Positions 49,790 through 59,926 of a stretch of DNA of 64,000 nucleotides are shown here, piece by piece (the first letter of the stretch is position 1; every line of letters starts with the position of its first letter). A program made the translations under genes and the position numbers. This stretch comes from Candidatus Saccharimonadales bacterium (lineage in GTDB: Bacteria; Patescibacteriota; Saccharimonadia; Saccharimonadales; UBA10212). The stretch lies in the NCBI GenBank assembly GCA_035758565.1, contig DASTXL010000001.1:396981-460980 (forward strand), given 5' to 3'. A model generated the notes under the pieces. The model was not told the origin of the DNA. It was given only the letters and a program-made list of their open reading frames with translations, and ran no database searches.

Positions 49790-49930
49790 TTTGATAACTA
49801 TTCTCCGGAAGAGCAGCGAGCTTGAACCGCCCTAAAGGCGGGCTCGGCTTTGCCGACGAGCGATGAGAAACCGCGAAGCGGTGTCTCATTTATCAAATAA
49901 GAGCTTAACAGATTAAGCAGTCAGTGTAAA
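49790..49930 (-). promoter_or_regulatory. rplU promoter and multi-hairpin leader
   Basis: TTTACA-17-TAAGCT; TTTGATAA/TTATCAAA enclose three GC-rich hairpins. Confidence 0.5.
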
Positions 49931-49990
49931 GGGTTAACCCCTCTTGCCTTGCCTGAAGGGCCTCAGAGTTAACTAGCCATATAATGCTAG

Positions 49991-52906
49991 TTAACTCTTT
50001 ACTTTGGCTAGTGTAATCGTAACTTCTGCGCCATCCAGGGTGATCTGCTCGCTATGATCATTACCGCTCGGGTGGTCGGAAGCGGCAAGAGTCTCGGCAA
50101 AGATCTCAGTCTTAAAATTCTTGAAGGCTTGATTAACGCTATCAGAGTTGCTTTTAATATCTAGCTCAATTCGGTCATCAACATTAAGACCGGCATTTTT
50201 ACGGGCGTTCTGAATATGGCGAATGAGCTCGCGCATCAGGCCTTCTTGCCTAAGCTCTGGTGTTATCTTGGTCGAGATGGTTACGCCAATCTCGCCTTTT
50301 GGATCAAGCTTAACTTCTTTGACATTGAGCTCTTCGGCCACAATGTCGGCAAGTTCCGGTTTAAGTTCTCTAAGGCCATGCAGGGTTACAGCCTGCAGAG
50401 GTTGGCGCACTCTTATACCGGCTTCGGCCCGCTGCGCCAGACCTTGAGTGATTAGGTCGCGAACGGTAACCATTTCTTCTAATACCAGGCCGTTGGTCTG
50501 CCCGTTTGGCGGCCAGTCACAAAGGTGCACAGATTCCCCGCCAGTCAAATTGCGGTAAAGTTCATCGGCCAGGAACGGTGTGAAAGGTGCTAACACCAAG
50601 CTCAAACGAGCAAGAATGTAGTGCAATGTGCGGTAAGCCATATCTTTATCAGTATCGTTATCACTCTTCCAGAAACGCTTGCGCGAACGGCGGATATACC
50701 AGTTGCTGGCATCGTCAACAAACGGCAGAACACCTTTGAGAGCGCTCGGGATATCGTAGTTATCCATGTGTTCTTCTACTTGCGCAGTTAGCTCGTGCAC
50801 GCGGCTGACAATCCACTGGTCTAGTGGATGGGTTAAATCCTGATAGGGATCCTCGAGCTTGCCATCCCACTCCCAGCCATCAACCGATGCGTAAAGTGTA
50901 AAGAAGTCGTACATATTCCAAATCATGGCCAGTTTGCGCTGAACGTCCTGCACGTCTTTGTCGATCAGGGTAACATCTTCCCCTTTCATTACCGGCGAAG
51001 CTAGCAAAAACAGCCGCCAAGCGTCCACCGAATATCGATCAAATACTTCGCTCGGATCGGTGAAGTTGCCACGCGACTTGCTGAGCTTAAAGCCGTCGCT
51101 GCCCATAAGGTTCCCGGTAACAATGACGTTCTTAAAGGCGTTGTGGCCAAACAGCCCAACGTTTACGGCATGCACATAATAGAACCAGGCACGAACCTGT
51201 CCTACGTATTCGACAATAAAATCGCCTGGGAAGTTTTGCTCAAACTTATCCCTATTCTCAAACGGGTAATGGAATTGCGCAAAAGGCATAGAGCCACTTT
51301 CGAACCAGCAGTCCAAAACCTTATCGATTCGCTTGTAGTGCTTCCCTTCAAAATCAAACTCAACGTCGTCAATCCATGGGCGATGATAATCTTCTAGCTC
51401 TACGCCGCTTAATTCTTTGAGTTCAGCGTAGCTGCCAACCACTTTAATATCGCCGTCATCACTCTTCCAGACCGGCATGGCGGTAGCCCAGAAGCGATCA
51501 CGACTCAGGTTCCAATCTGGTGCCTGCAGAATGGTTTTTTCGAATCGACCGTGTTTAATGTATTCAGGGAACCAGTTAATATGTTCGGTGTTTTCTTCTA
51601 ACATTTCGGTTCGTTGGCCGTCGATATCCATAAACCAACTCGGATGCGCGCGGTACATTAAGCGATTGCCATTACGCAAATTGTGCGGGTATTCGTGCTG
51701 GATGTAATCGATCTTCCAAACTATGCCGCGGGCATGCAAGTCCTTGGCTATGGTTTTGTTAATTTCCCAGACATTTTCGCCTTTCCAGTCACCTTCGGTG
51801 TAATTTCCGTATTCGTCTAGTACGTGTACGACCGGGATGCCCTTTTCATGGGCCAGCTCAAAATCTTCTTCGCCATAGGCGGGCGCCAGGTGCACAATGC
51901 CACTACCATCATCGGTACTAAGGTCGGGGTAATCCCACACTCTGTGCGCGTTTTCACCGCGATGTACACCTAATAATGGCTCGTATTCAAGACCAATTAA
52001 TTCATGACCCTTAATGTCGTCACGAACAACTTTGTGCGGCACTGGCTGATGCTTTTCGTCTGTAAGGACTTTATCGATCAAGCTAGCCAAGAGGATCAGG
52101 TGATCGCCATTACTTACTTCGACTTCAGCATAAGTTTCGTTTTTGCCGACGCCAACCGCAGTGTTGCCCGGCAGAGTCCAGGGCGTTGTGGTCCAAGCCA
52201 GCAAAAAAGCTGGCGTTGCGCTGCCCTGCTCTATGGTTTCCTGTACTGGGAAGTTCTTTAATTTAAACTTCACGTAAACGCTCGGATCGGTCACTACCTG
52301 GTAGGCGCCAGCGTCCATTGTTACTTCGGCTTTAGAAAGCGGCGTAGCCCACTTAGTGTCATACATTAAGACCTTTTCGCCTTCATAGATTTTGCCAGCC
52401 TCATAGAGCTTCTTAAAGGCCCACCAGACGCTTTCCATATATTCTTTGTCCATGGTTTTGTAAGCGCCCTTAAAATCTACCCAGCGGCCAATACGATCAA
52501 TGGTGTCTTCCCACTCACTACTAGTCTGCACCATGCTTTCGCGGGCAGTTCGGATGTAGTCTTCTAGGCTAATCTTGGTGCCAATATCATGGCGATCGGT
52601 AATACCCAGCTTTTTTTCAACAAAGTTCTCGGCTGGCAAACCATGACAGTCCCAGCCCCAAACGCGCTCTACTCGCTTGCCTTTCATAGTCTGATAGCGC
52701 GGCACGGCGTCTTTAACGATGCTAGAAAGCAGCGTACCGTGGTGCGGCACCCCTGTAATAAATGGAGGGCCGTCATAAAACACATAGCTGTCGGCAGCCG
52801 GTCGCTGCTGCACCGACTTTTCGAAAATCTTGTTGTCGCGCCAATAATTGACGAGGTCTTTCTCGTATTCGATTGCTTTTCGGCGAGTGCCTTGTTTGAA
52901 TTTCAT
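49991..52906 (-). CDS. ileS: isoleucine--tRNA ligase, type II
   Basis: FYDGPP, GWDCHGLP, WTTTPWT, WNLSRDRFW, CWFESGSMP, KLSKS; no C-terminal Zn domain. Confidence 0.96.
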   Translation of the reverse strand: MKFKQGTRRKAIEYEKDLVNYWRDNKIFEKSVQQRPAADSYVFYDGPPFITGVPHHGTLLSSIVKDAVPRYQTMKGKRVERVWGWDCHGLPAENFVEKKLGITDRHDIGTKISLEDYIRTARESMVQTSSEWEDTIDRIGRWVDFKGAYKTMDKEYMESVWWAFKKLYEAGKIYEGEKVLMYDTKWATPLSKAEVTMDAGAYQVVTDPSVYVKFKLKNFPVQETIEQGSATPAFLLAWTTTPWTLPGNTAVGVGKNETYAEVEVSNGDHLILLASLIDKVLTDEKHQPVPHKVVRDDIKGHELIGLEYEPLLGVHRGENAHRVWDYPDLSTDDGSGIVHLAPAYGEEDFELAHEKGIPVVHVLDEYGNYTEGDWKGENVWEINKTIAKDLHARGIVWKIDYIQHEYPHNLRNGNRLMYRAHPSWFMDIDGQRTEMLEENTEHINWFPEYIKHGRFEKTILQAPDWNLSRDRFWATAMPVWKSDDGDIKVVGSYAELKELSGVELEDYHRPWIDDVEFDFEGKHYKRIDKVLDCWFESGSMPFAQFHYPFENRDKFEQNFPGDFIVEYVGQVRAWFYYVHAVNVGLFGHNAFKNVIVTGNLMGSDGFKLSKSRGNFTDPSEVFDRYSVDAWRLFLLASPVMKGEDVTLIDKDVQDVQRKLAMIWNMYDFFTLYASVDGWEWDGKLEDPYQDLTHPLDQWIVSRVHELTAQVEEHMDNYDIPSALKGVLPFVDDASNWYIRRSRKRFWKSDNDTDKDMAYRTLHYILARLSLVLAPFTPFLADELYRNLTGGESVHLCDWPPNGQTNGLVLEEMVTVRDLITQGLAQRAEAGIRVRQPLQAVTLHGLRELKPELADIVAEELNVKEVKLDPKGEIGVTISTKITPELRQEGLMRELIRHIQNARKNAGLNVDDRIELDIKSNSDSVNQAFKNFKTEIFAETLAASDHPSGNDHSEQITLDGAEVTITLAKVKS

Positions 52907-53118
52907 CTTTCTCCTTAATAAAATAACCTCTTAAAAGTTCCCTGGAGCCCTTGCGGGCGGTACCATCCAGATTCCTTTAAAGAGGCACTTATTTTCTCCG
53001 GTAACGACGGATCAACTCGTCGGGTTCTACTTGCCAAAAGGCTTTCTTCCCACTCCGCAACCTTTATGCAAGGTTTCGCAGTTGATAGCTGCTGATAACG
53101 GACTTCTTTGAATTGTTC
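52907..53118 (-). ncRNA. T-box riboswitch (ileS leader, probably translational)
   Basis: Antiterminator CUGGA-UGGUACC-GCCC(GCAA)GGGC-UCCAG; stem II-like GGAAGAA..GCC..GGC..AGUAGAACC; AUC candidates upstream; promoter TTGCAG-17-TATTCT at 53153-53125. Confidence 0.85.
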
Positions 53119-53158
53119 ACTTAGAGAATAACCTAAAGGGGTAAAAACTGCAATGAGG

Positions 53159-53425
53159 CTAGGGTCTTGCGTAGGAATAGACTTCGTCAAGGGAGGGCCA
53201 GGGTAAATCTTGCCAGAGTTTTTGCAAACCGCCATCCCCTGTCAAAACCAAAAGTGCGGGATACCGGACTATATCATAAAGCGCAGCCATATCAGACCCT
53301 TCTTTTGTCTCTAAGCTAACTAGTTCAATGGTTTGGCCATAGTGACGAGCCTCGAAATCACGCTTAAAATCCTGAGTCATTCCGTCTTGTTCGCTGTTGG
53401 GATGATAAAGGATAACTATTCTCAT
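53159..53425 (-). CDS. small thioredoxin-fold-like hypothetical protein without CxxC
   Basis: beta-alpha-beta pattern, A.LYDIVRYPALLV (cis-Pro loop-like); fills the gap after nrdJ. Confidence 0.65.
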   Translation of the reverse strand: MRIVILYHPNSEQDGMTQDFKRDFEARHYGQTIELVSLETKEGSDMAALYDIVRYPALLVLTGDGGLQKLWQDLPWPSLDEVYSYARP

Positions 53426-53502
53426 TTGGATTTAGCCATAATAATTTTCAGTATAACAAACTGCTCTTGTTTAGATTTGGACTGGCCCAATATCCAAACA
53501 GT

Positions 53503-53529
53503 AAAAGGGCTTTAAAGAAAAGCCCTTTT
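53503..53529 (-). terminator. intrinsic terminator after nrdJ
   Basis: AAAAGGGCTTT...AAAGCCCTTTT. Confidence 0.75.
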
Positions 53530-53548
53530 AACTTACCTAGCTCAGTCT

Positions 53549-56341
53549 TTAGCTGCAACCCGTAGTTGAACCGCAGCTAGTGCAGACGTAACAGCTACCG
53601 GCACGCTGAGTCTGATTACCGCAGTTAAAGCACATTGGCGCGGCATCGTCAGCCTTGGCGGCTTCAGTTGGGTTAGTGTTTTGACTAACTGTGGCAGCCG
53701 GAGCTGTACTGGCAGATACAACTTTAGGCTGTTCGCTGATTGGCTGCTCTTCTTTAACTTCTGGCTTAACCTCTTCGAGCAAACTGGTTTGGTTTTCTGG
53801 CATATCATCGATGGATGCCAGACCCAGCTCTAAGCGATCGTCAAACGACAGATAAGTCAGCGCCAAGCGACGAGCAATGTAGTCAACTAGTGAAGTAGCT
53901 GTGCGAATTTCTGGATCGCTAGTGATACCGGATGGTGCAAAGCTCATGCTAGTGAAGGCCTGAACGTATGTCTTGAGAGGAACGCCATATTGCAAGCCGT
54001 GACTAATGCTAATCGCAAAGGCGTCCATCAGACCACGCAAGGTCGAGCCCATCTTAGAGACCGAGATAAATAACTCGCCAGGGGCACCGTCGTCGTACTC
54101 GCCGACTGTGAAGTAACCCTTGCTATCAGCAACCGAAAAACTAAAGGTTTTGGAGTTGCGAATCTTTGGCATATCACGGCGAACTGCGCCATGAGGCACA
54201 GCCACTGCAGTGGTCACGACCTCAACGGCCGCAGCTGGAGCTTCCTTGTTGCCGTCATCTTTTTTAGCCATAGCCAGCGGCTGGGCAACCTTACAGTTGT
54301 CGCGGTAGATAGCAACCGCTTTAAGGCCAAGTTTCCAGGCCTCCAGGTGCAGTTGTTCTATTTCTTCAACAGTGGCTTCTTCTGGCATGTTAACCGTCTT
54401 GCTAATAGCGCCGGAAATGAACGGCTGAACAGCAGCCATCATCTTGACATGGCCGAGGTAGTGAATAGGATTGTCGCCCATAGAACAGGCAAACACATTT
54501 TGGTGCTCGCTCTTAAGATGCGGAGCGCCAGTAATAGTCTTTTCGGTATCGATGTAGTTAACAATATCTTCGATCTGACCCTTGTTGTAGCCAAGGGCCT
54601 TTAGCGCTCTGGGCACAGTTTGGTTAACAATACTCATAGTACCGCCGCCAACTAATTTTTTGACCTTAACCAAGCCTAGATCCGGTTCAATACCAGTGGT
54701 ATCGCAGTCCATCATCAGTCCGATGGTGCCAGTTGGAGCAAGAACAGAAGCCTGAGAATTCCTAACTCCATGCAGTTCAGCTAGCTCAATAGCCTCATCC
54801 CATGCGTTAGCGGCAGCATTTAAAAGCTCTTCACTAACCAAAGCGGCGTCGATCTTGTTGACTTCGTCGCGGTGCTGGCGCAGGACTTTATTCATAGCCT
54901 CACGATCTTTGTGGTAGCCGGCAAATGGACCAACTTTGCGAGCCATCCGGGCACTAGTGGCATAAGCATGGCCCGTCATTAGAGCTGTGATAGCAGCAGC
55001 TTGGGCGCGGCCTTCATCGCTGTCGTACGGCAAGCCCTGAGCCATGAGCAAAGCACCTAGATTGGCATAGCCAAGACCGAGTTCTCGGTAAGCTTTAGCG
55101 TTCTTGGTGATGTTTTCGGTTGGATATTCGCTATAGCCCACCAATATTTCTTGAGCCGTGAACATCAGCTCAACGGTATGCTTGAAAGATTCAATATCGA
55201 AACTAAAGTCATCGTTCAAGTACTTAAGCAGGTTTATGCTGGCCAAGTTACAAGCCGAGTTATCCAGGTGCATGTACTCGCTGCACGGGTTAGAGCCGTT
55301 GATGCGGCCGGCGTTTGGCGCAGTGTGCCAGTGGTTGATAGTAGTATCAAACTGCAAGCCAGGATCGGCGCATTCCCAAGCGGCTTTGGCGATTTGGTGC
55401 CAAATGTCGCGGGCTTTAACGGTTTGGACGGTTTTGCCATCTTTAACGGTTCTTAGTTGCCAATCGGCATCGTTTTCTACAGCGCGCATAAAGTCATCTG
55501 TTACACGCACAGAATTATTAGCGTTTTGGTATTGCACACTAAAGCTGTCTTTGCCGTCCAAGCTCATATCCCAACCAGCGGCTTCTAGGTCGCGAGCTTT
55601 GCGCTCCTCGATTGCCTTACACCAAATAAACTCTTCTACATCGGGGTGATCAACGTTAAGAATGACCATCTTAGCGGCCCGGCGAGTCTTGCCACCGCTT
55701 TTAATAGCTCCAGCACTAGCATCAGCGCCGCGCATAAAGCTCAAAGGTCCACTGGCAGTACCAGCACTTTTGCCTAAGGACTCTTTGCTGGAACGCAAGG
55801 TGCTGATGTTGATACCAGAACCAGAACCACCTTTAAAGATCATGCCCTCTTCTTTGTACCAGTTAAGAATTGACGGCATAGTGTCTTCGACAGCCAAAAT
55901 AAAGCAAGCGCTAGCCTGCTGAGAACGCTCGGGAACGCCAATGTTGAACCAAACCGGTGAGTTAAACGCAGCGCGCTGCGTAGCTAATACGTACTTAAGT
56001 TCTTCTCGAAAATCTTCGGCTTCCGATTCTGAGTCAAAATAGCCTTCCTGCTGGCCCTGGCGGGTAACCGTATCAACGACACGGTCAATCAAAGTTTTGA
56101 GAGAGGCTTCACGCTCAGGAGTGCCTGGCGTACCCGTAAAATATTTCTGGGCAACGATATTAATAGCGTTGAGGCTCCAGCCCTCTGGAAAATCCACGCT
56201 TTTTTGTTCGAAAACCGGCTTACCGGTCATTGGGTTGGCGATTAGCGAATCACGCTTTACCCATTTTAGTGAGTCGTAGGCCTTGCTCTTCGGTTTTGTG
56301 AAGAGTCTATTAACCCTACCGTCTTTAGTTGCCTGAGCCAT
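53549..56341 (-). CDS. nrdJ: class II (adenosylcobalamin-dependent) ribonucleotide reductase
   Basis: FNSPVWFN, SACFI, GGKTRRAAKM, NPCSE, ACNLASIN, APTGTI, ISKTVN, YRD; TSCPD-like region and C-terminal Cys cluster. Confidence 0.95.
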   Translation of the reverse strand: MAQATKDGRVNRLFTKPKSKAYDSLKWVKRDSLIANPMTGKPVFEQKSVDFPEGWSLNAINIVAQKYFTGTPGTPEREASLKTLIDRVVDTVTRQGQQEGYFDSESEAEDFREELKYVLATQRAAFNSPVWFNIGVPERSQQASACFILAVEDTMPSILNWYKEEGMIFKGGSGSGINISTLRSSKESLGKSAGTASGPLSFMRGADASAGAIKSGGKTRRAAKMVILNVDHPDVEEFIWCKAIEERKARDLEAAGWDMSLDGKDSFSVQYQNANNSVRVTDDFMRAVENDADWQLRTVKDGKTVQTVKARDIWHQIAKAAWECADPGLQFDTTINHWHTAPNAGRINGSNPCSEYMHLDNSACNLASINLLKYLNDDFSFDIESFKHTVELMFTAQEILVGYSEYPTENITKNAKAYRELGLGYANLGALLMAQGLPYDSDEGRAQAAAITALMTGHAYATSARMARKVGPFAGYHKDREAMNKVLRQHRDEVNKIDAALVSEELLNAAANAWDEAIELAELHGVRNSQASVLAPTGTIGLMMDCDTTGIEPDLGLVKVKKLVGGGTMSIVNQTVPRALKALGYNKGQIEDIVNYIDTEKTITGAPHLKSEHQNVFACSMGDNPIHYLGHVKMMAAVQPFISGAISKTVNMPEEATVEEIEQLHLEAWKLGLKAVAIYRDNCKVAQPLAMAKKDDGNKEAPAAAVEVVTTAVAVPHGAVRRDMPKIRNSKTFSFSVADSKGYFTVGEYDDGAPGELFISVSKMGSTLRGLMDAFAISISHGLQYGVPLKTYVQAFTSMSFAPSGITSDPEIRTATSLVDYIARRLALTYLSFDDRLELGLASIDDMPENQTSLLEEVKPEVKEEQPISEQPKVVSASTAPAATVSQNTNPTEAAKADDAAPMCFNCGNQTQRAGSCYVCTSCGSTTGCS

Positions 56342-56555
56342 TTGTATATTCCCCTCTCTTACTTGCTCTTGTTTTAGAGTTTGTTTTAAAAATTTTTATC
56401 TTTTACGAGCTAGTGAATGAGTGCTCTTCTTCGTCCCTCTCGATCAAGCACCACCCTTGCTCCTCTAGACAATTCTCATAATAGAACACGACAAGTGCCT
56501 AGAGCAACACACTAATTTATTTGTTTTAGTGCGGCTTAGAGTTTAAGCCTCGTTT

Positions 56556-57053
56556 TTATTTTGCAGCTGACTTTTTGGTAGTAGTTTTATCGGCGTTAGC
56601 TTTTTCTTCGCGAATGCGAGAAAGCTCACGTTCAAAACTAGAAATATCGCGGAATTTCCTATATACGCTTGCGAACCGCACATAGGCAACCTCGCTGAGT
56701 TTTGGCAAGCCGGCCATGACTAACTCGCCAATATCGGTCGAGCAAACTTCCGGCTCCCCTCTGTCATAAAGTTCGCGCTCAATCTGAGCTACAAAATTTT
56801 CTAGCTGCAAATGAGTCACATTGGTTTTTTCGATTGCGTGCTGCAAACCTTTCAGCAATTTATCGCGACTGAAAAGCTGCCTTGTGCCGTTGCGCTTAAC
56901 GACTATTAAACTCGGACGTTCTAAACGCTCGTAAGTCGTCCAGCGATAGCCGCAGTTTAAGCACTGGCGGCGGCGGCGGATAGCTTCGCCATCGGCGACA
57001 TCACGCGATTCTATAACCTTATTTTCTAATGAATGACAGTGGTGACACTTCAT
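56556..57053 (-). CDS. nrdR: transcriptional repressor NrdR
   Basis: CxxC...RRRRQC..C..RWTTYE, ATP cone, VAYVRFASVY. Confidence 0.97.
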   Translation of the reverse strand: MKCHHCHSLENKVIESRDVADGEAIRRRRQCLNCGYRWTTYERLERPSLIVVKRNGTRQLFSRDKLLKGLQHAIEKTNVTHLQLENFVAQIERELYDRGEPEVCSTDIGELVMAGLPKLSEVAYVRFASVYRKFRDISSFERELSRIREEKANADKTTTKKSAAK

Positions 57054-57091
57054 TATTACTACCTCTGAAGTTTAGCTGGTTTAATGTGCTA

Positions 57092-57140
57092 TCACTATAT
57101 GTAGTGTTCGTGATCATTATATTAACCCTGGATGTAGCGC
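57092..57140 (-). promoter_or_regulatory. tandem NrdR boxes
   Basis: ACACTACATATAGTGA (57107-57092) is near consensus; degenerate GCGCTACATCCAGGGT (57140-57125) lies 33 bp away. Confidence 0.75.
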
Positions 57141-57213
57141 AAGCGCAAGCACTTTATTGGTGTATTAATCACAAAATTCTGTAATCTGATAATGATTTTA
57201 TCTTCTCTTTAAC

Positions 57214-58500
57214 TTATTGCTGGTCTTGATTATTTTCTTCGTCGCCTCGATCGTCGACATAAGGCTGGCCGCGCTCGCGCTTGAAGGCACGCCGCAGGAA
57301 TGATGGCCGATCAAACTCATCTTCTTCGCTCGCATCCTGAGCCGCACCGTTGGCGTCATCGCTCAGGGCCCAGATATTTGGCGTTTCGTCACTAGAGAAA
57401 TCTTCGGCTGTTGTCTCGCCCGACTCCTCGAGGTCCATATCGATGTCGGCCATATCTTTTTCTTCGATACGCTGGGGAGTAGGCTCTTCAGTCTCCGTAG
57501 CGTTACGCAAAAGATCCGCAGTTTTAGCATCACGGCTGGCGTAGTAAGACTCTTCGAAGCCGGTAGCCACAACGGTGACAATGATTTCTCCCTCAAGCTC
57601 AGGATTAATGGTTGCACCAAAGATAATGTTTGCCTCGGAGTCAGCTGCAGCAGTAATGGTTTCGGCTACAGTATTGATCTCGTGCATGCTCATGTCCATG
57701 CCGCCAATAACGTTGAACAAAATGCCACGAGCGCCATCGATAGAAACTTCCAGAAGCGGCGAGCTAATGGCCTGCTGGGCAGCTTCTACGGCACGGTTTT
57801 CGCCACTAGCCCGACCGATGCCCATTAACGCCGAGCCGGCGTTAGCCATAACTGTTTTAACATCAGCAAAGTCAAGGTTGACTAAACCGTGGACAGTTAT
57901 GAGGTCAGAGATGCCCTGCACGCCTTGACGCAGAACATCATCAGCCACCTTGAAAGCTTCTAGTAAAGGAGTACGCCGATCAATAGTTTGAAGCAAACGA
58001 TCGTTTGGAATAGTGATTAGAGTATCAACATTCTTGCGTAGCCTCTCAATGGCCGTATCGGCGTTGCGGCGACGCTTCTCGCCTTCAAATGCAAACGGCC
58101 GGGTCGCAAAGCCAATAACTAGCGCGCCCTCTTCTCGAGCTGCTTGGGCAACAAGATAACCAGCTCCACTACCGGTACCACCACCAGCGCCAATAGTTAC
58201 AAACACCATATCAGAGCCCTTTACCGCTTCTTTGATTTCGTCCAATGATTCTTTAGCCGCCTTTTCGCCGACTTCTGGATCGGCTCCAGCACCCAAGCCC
58301 CTGGTTTCTTCTTTGCCAATATGTATCTTTTGATTGGCCTTGGAATGATGCAGCGCCTGAGCATCTGTGTTAACGGCTACAAAATCTACACCTTTGATGC
58401 CGGCTTCAACCATACGGTTAATCGCCGCCCCACCAGCACCTCCGACACCTACTACCTTTATTCTCGCAAACGTTTCAATTTCGGGCTCCACCTGAGGCAT
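57214..58500 (-). CDS. ftsZ: cell division protein FtsZ
   Basis: GVGGAG, NTDAQAL, GGGTGSG, NLDFADV, C-terminal [11 protein letters not shown] 58500 or GTG 58518 start. Confidence 0.98.
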   Translation of the reverse strand: MPQVEPEIETFARIKVVGVGGAGGAAINRMVEAGIKGVDFVAVNTDAQALHHSKANQKIHIGKEETRGLGAGADPEVGEKAAKESLDEIKEAVKGSDMVFVTIGAGGGTGSGAGYLVAQAAREEGALVIGFATRPFAFEGEKRRRNADTAIERLRKNVDTLITIPNDRLLQTIDRRTPLLEAFKVADDVLRQGVQGISDLITVHGLVNLDFADVKTVMANAGSALMGIGRASGENRAVEAAQQAISSPLLEVSIDGARGILFNVIGGMDMSMHEINTVAETITAAADSEANIIFGATINPELEGEIIVTVVATGFEESYYASRDAKTADLLRNATETEEPTPQRIEEKDMADIDMDLEESGETTAEDFSSDETPNIWALSDDANGAAQDASEEDEFDRPSFLRRAFKRERGQPYVDDRGDEENNQDQQ

Positions 58501-58624
58501 GGCTATTAAATTCTCCACTTAAAATGATGATCTAATTATAAGCAACAAGCTCGTTTGAATGCAATTACTACTCACGAACCAAAGGCCGCTCGCAACATTG
58601 AATAAAAAAATTACCTGCTAGCTA

Positions 58625-59863
58625 TTAGTGCTTTTTAAAGCGGTTAAAAAGACTGTTCAATGACACATTTACAGATTGCAGCAGGCCGCTTGACGGGTCG
58701 GTGTAGGTTATATCCTGCACTGGTCCAAGGTACATATCAAGCAGCATTAGTCCGATTACTGGAGCGAAAATCTGCTCGTCCATGCCGTCTACAATTCGCT
58801 CAACATGCTTCCAACTGCCAATCCTTGCCGGAAGCTCCAACGCTTCTTTAGTAAACTCAACCAAGCCGGGTAGCTTTGCGCCGCCGCCAGTCAGAACTAC
58901 GCCGCCAGGCAGCTTGCGCGAACGATGAATAGATTTAAGTTCTTTATCAACAAATTCTAAAAGCTCTTCAACCCGAGCTTCGGCTATCATGCGCATCATT
59001 TCTCTATCAAAGCGATGAGTCTCACCGCCTGCCGTAATACTGACCTGACCGACAGAATTCTTGCTCAAGCTAGCATGCTTGAGTTTGACGGCTTCGGCAA
59101 TATCAAGATCTGTTTTAAGACCGATAGCCAGATCGTTAGTAATGTGATTACCGCCCATCGGTACCACGGCCACATGCTCAACCTCACCGTCTTCAATAAC
59201 AATCATATTGGTAGTGGTGGCGCCGATATCCAGTACGAGAACGCCTGATTCTTTTTGTTTGCGATCAAGCGTCGCCTCAGCAGCGGCCAAAGACGTAACT
59301 GTTTTGTGCGACGAGTTCACCTCTGCTCTTTCAAGTACTTGATCAAGCGAGCGTAGGGCTGGCGAGCTAGCCATAATAATATGAGTGTCAACCTCTAGGC
59401 GTACGCCGTGCATACCAACCGGATCTTTAATATTCTCTTGCCCGTCTAATCGGTAGTTTTTAGCAAAAACCTGAATTATCTCTTTGTTGGCCGGCAGCTG
59501 AACAATAGTAGCTGCTTCTTCCACCCGCATCCGATCCTCTGGAGTGATTTGGCGATCCGGCGAGCTAATAGCAATAACGCCTTTGGAGTTTACGCCCTGT
59601 ACATGTGCGCCGTTAATATTAACTGTTGCCGCTTTAATTTCGCGCCCGCTCATTCGTTCGGCTTCGGCAATAGCCCCGGCTACCGCCTGCACAACTTCCT
59701 CTGTATGGGCAACATTGCCTTTGCGCATGCCCGTGTTTTCTACACTGGAAAAGCCAATAATTTTTGGCAGGTTTACATCACCGGAAAGCTCGCCCACTAC
59801 ACACCGAACGGCTGTTGTGCCTATATCTAGTCCTACAAAGTAGCTAAGTTCATTTTCTGACAT
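58625..59863 (-). CDS. ftsA: cell division protein FtsA
   Basis: GLDIGTT, P.GM.GVRLE, DIGA.TT, GG.HITND, VLTGGGA. Confidence 0.96.
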   Translation of the reverse strand: MSENELSYFVGLDIGTTAVRCVVGELSGDVNLPKIIGFSSVENTGMRKGNVAHTEEVVQAVAGAIAEAERMSGREIKAATVNINGAHVQGVNSKGVIAISSPDRQITPEDRMRVEEAATIVQLPANKEIIQVFAKNYRLDGQENIKDPVGMHGVRLEVDTHIIMASSPALRSLDQVLERAEVNSSHKTVTSLAAAEATLDRKQKESGVLVLDIGATTTNMIVIEDGEVEHVAVVPMGGNHITNDLAIGLKTDLDIAEAVKLKHASLSKNSVGQVSITAGGETHRFDREMMRMIAEARVEELLEFVDKELKSIHRSRKLPGGVVLTGGGAKLPGLVEFTKEALELPARIGSWKHVERIVDGMDEQIFAPVIGLMLLDMYLGPVQDITYTDPSSGLLQSVNVSLNSLFNRFKKH

Positions 59864-59926
59864 ATTTATTTTAAGTATATCTTACTAATCCGCAGTATAC
59901 CGCTAGAGTTAAATAGCAGCAAGCTC

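Noticed and set aside
52915-53235. 106-aa ORF upstream of ileS, and the many short antisense ORFs in the track
   Set aside because: This one overlaps the T-box leader; the others are shadows of well-supported genes with no recognisable motifs.
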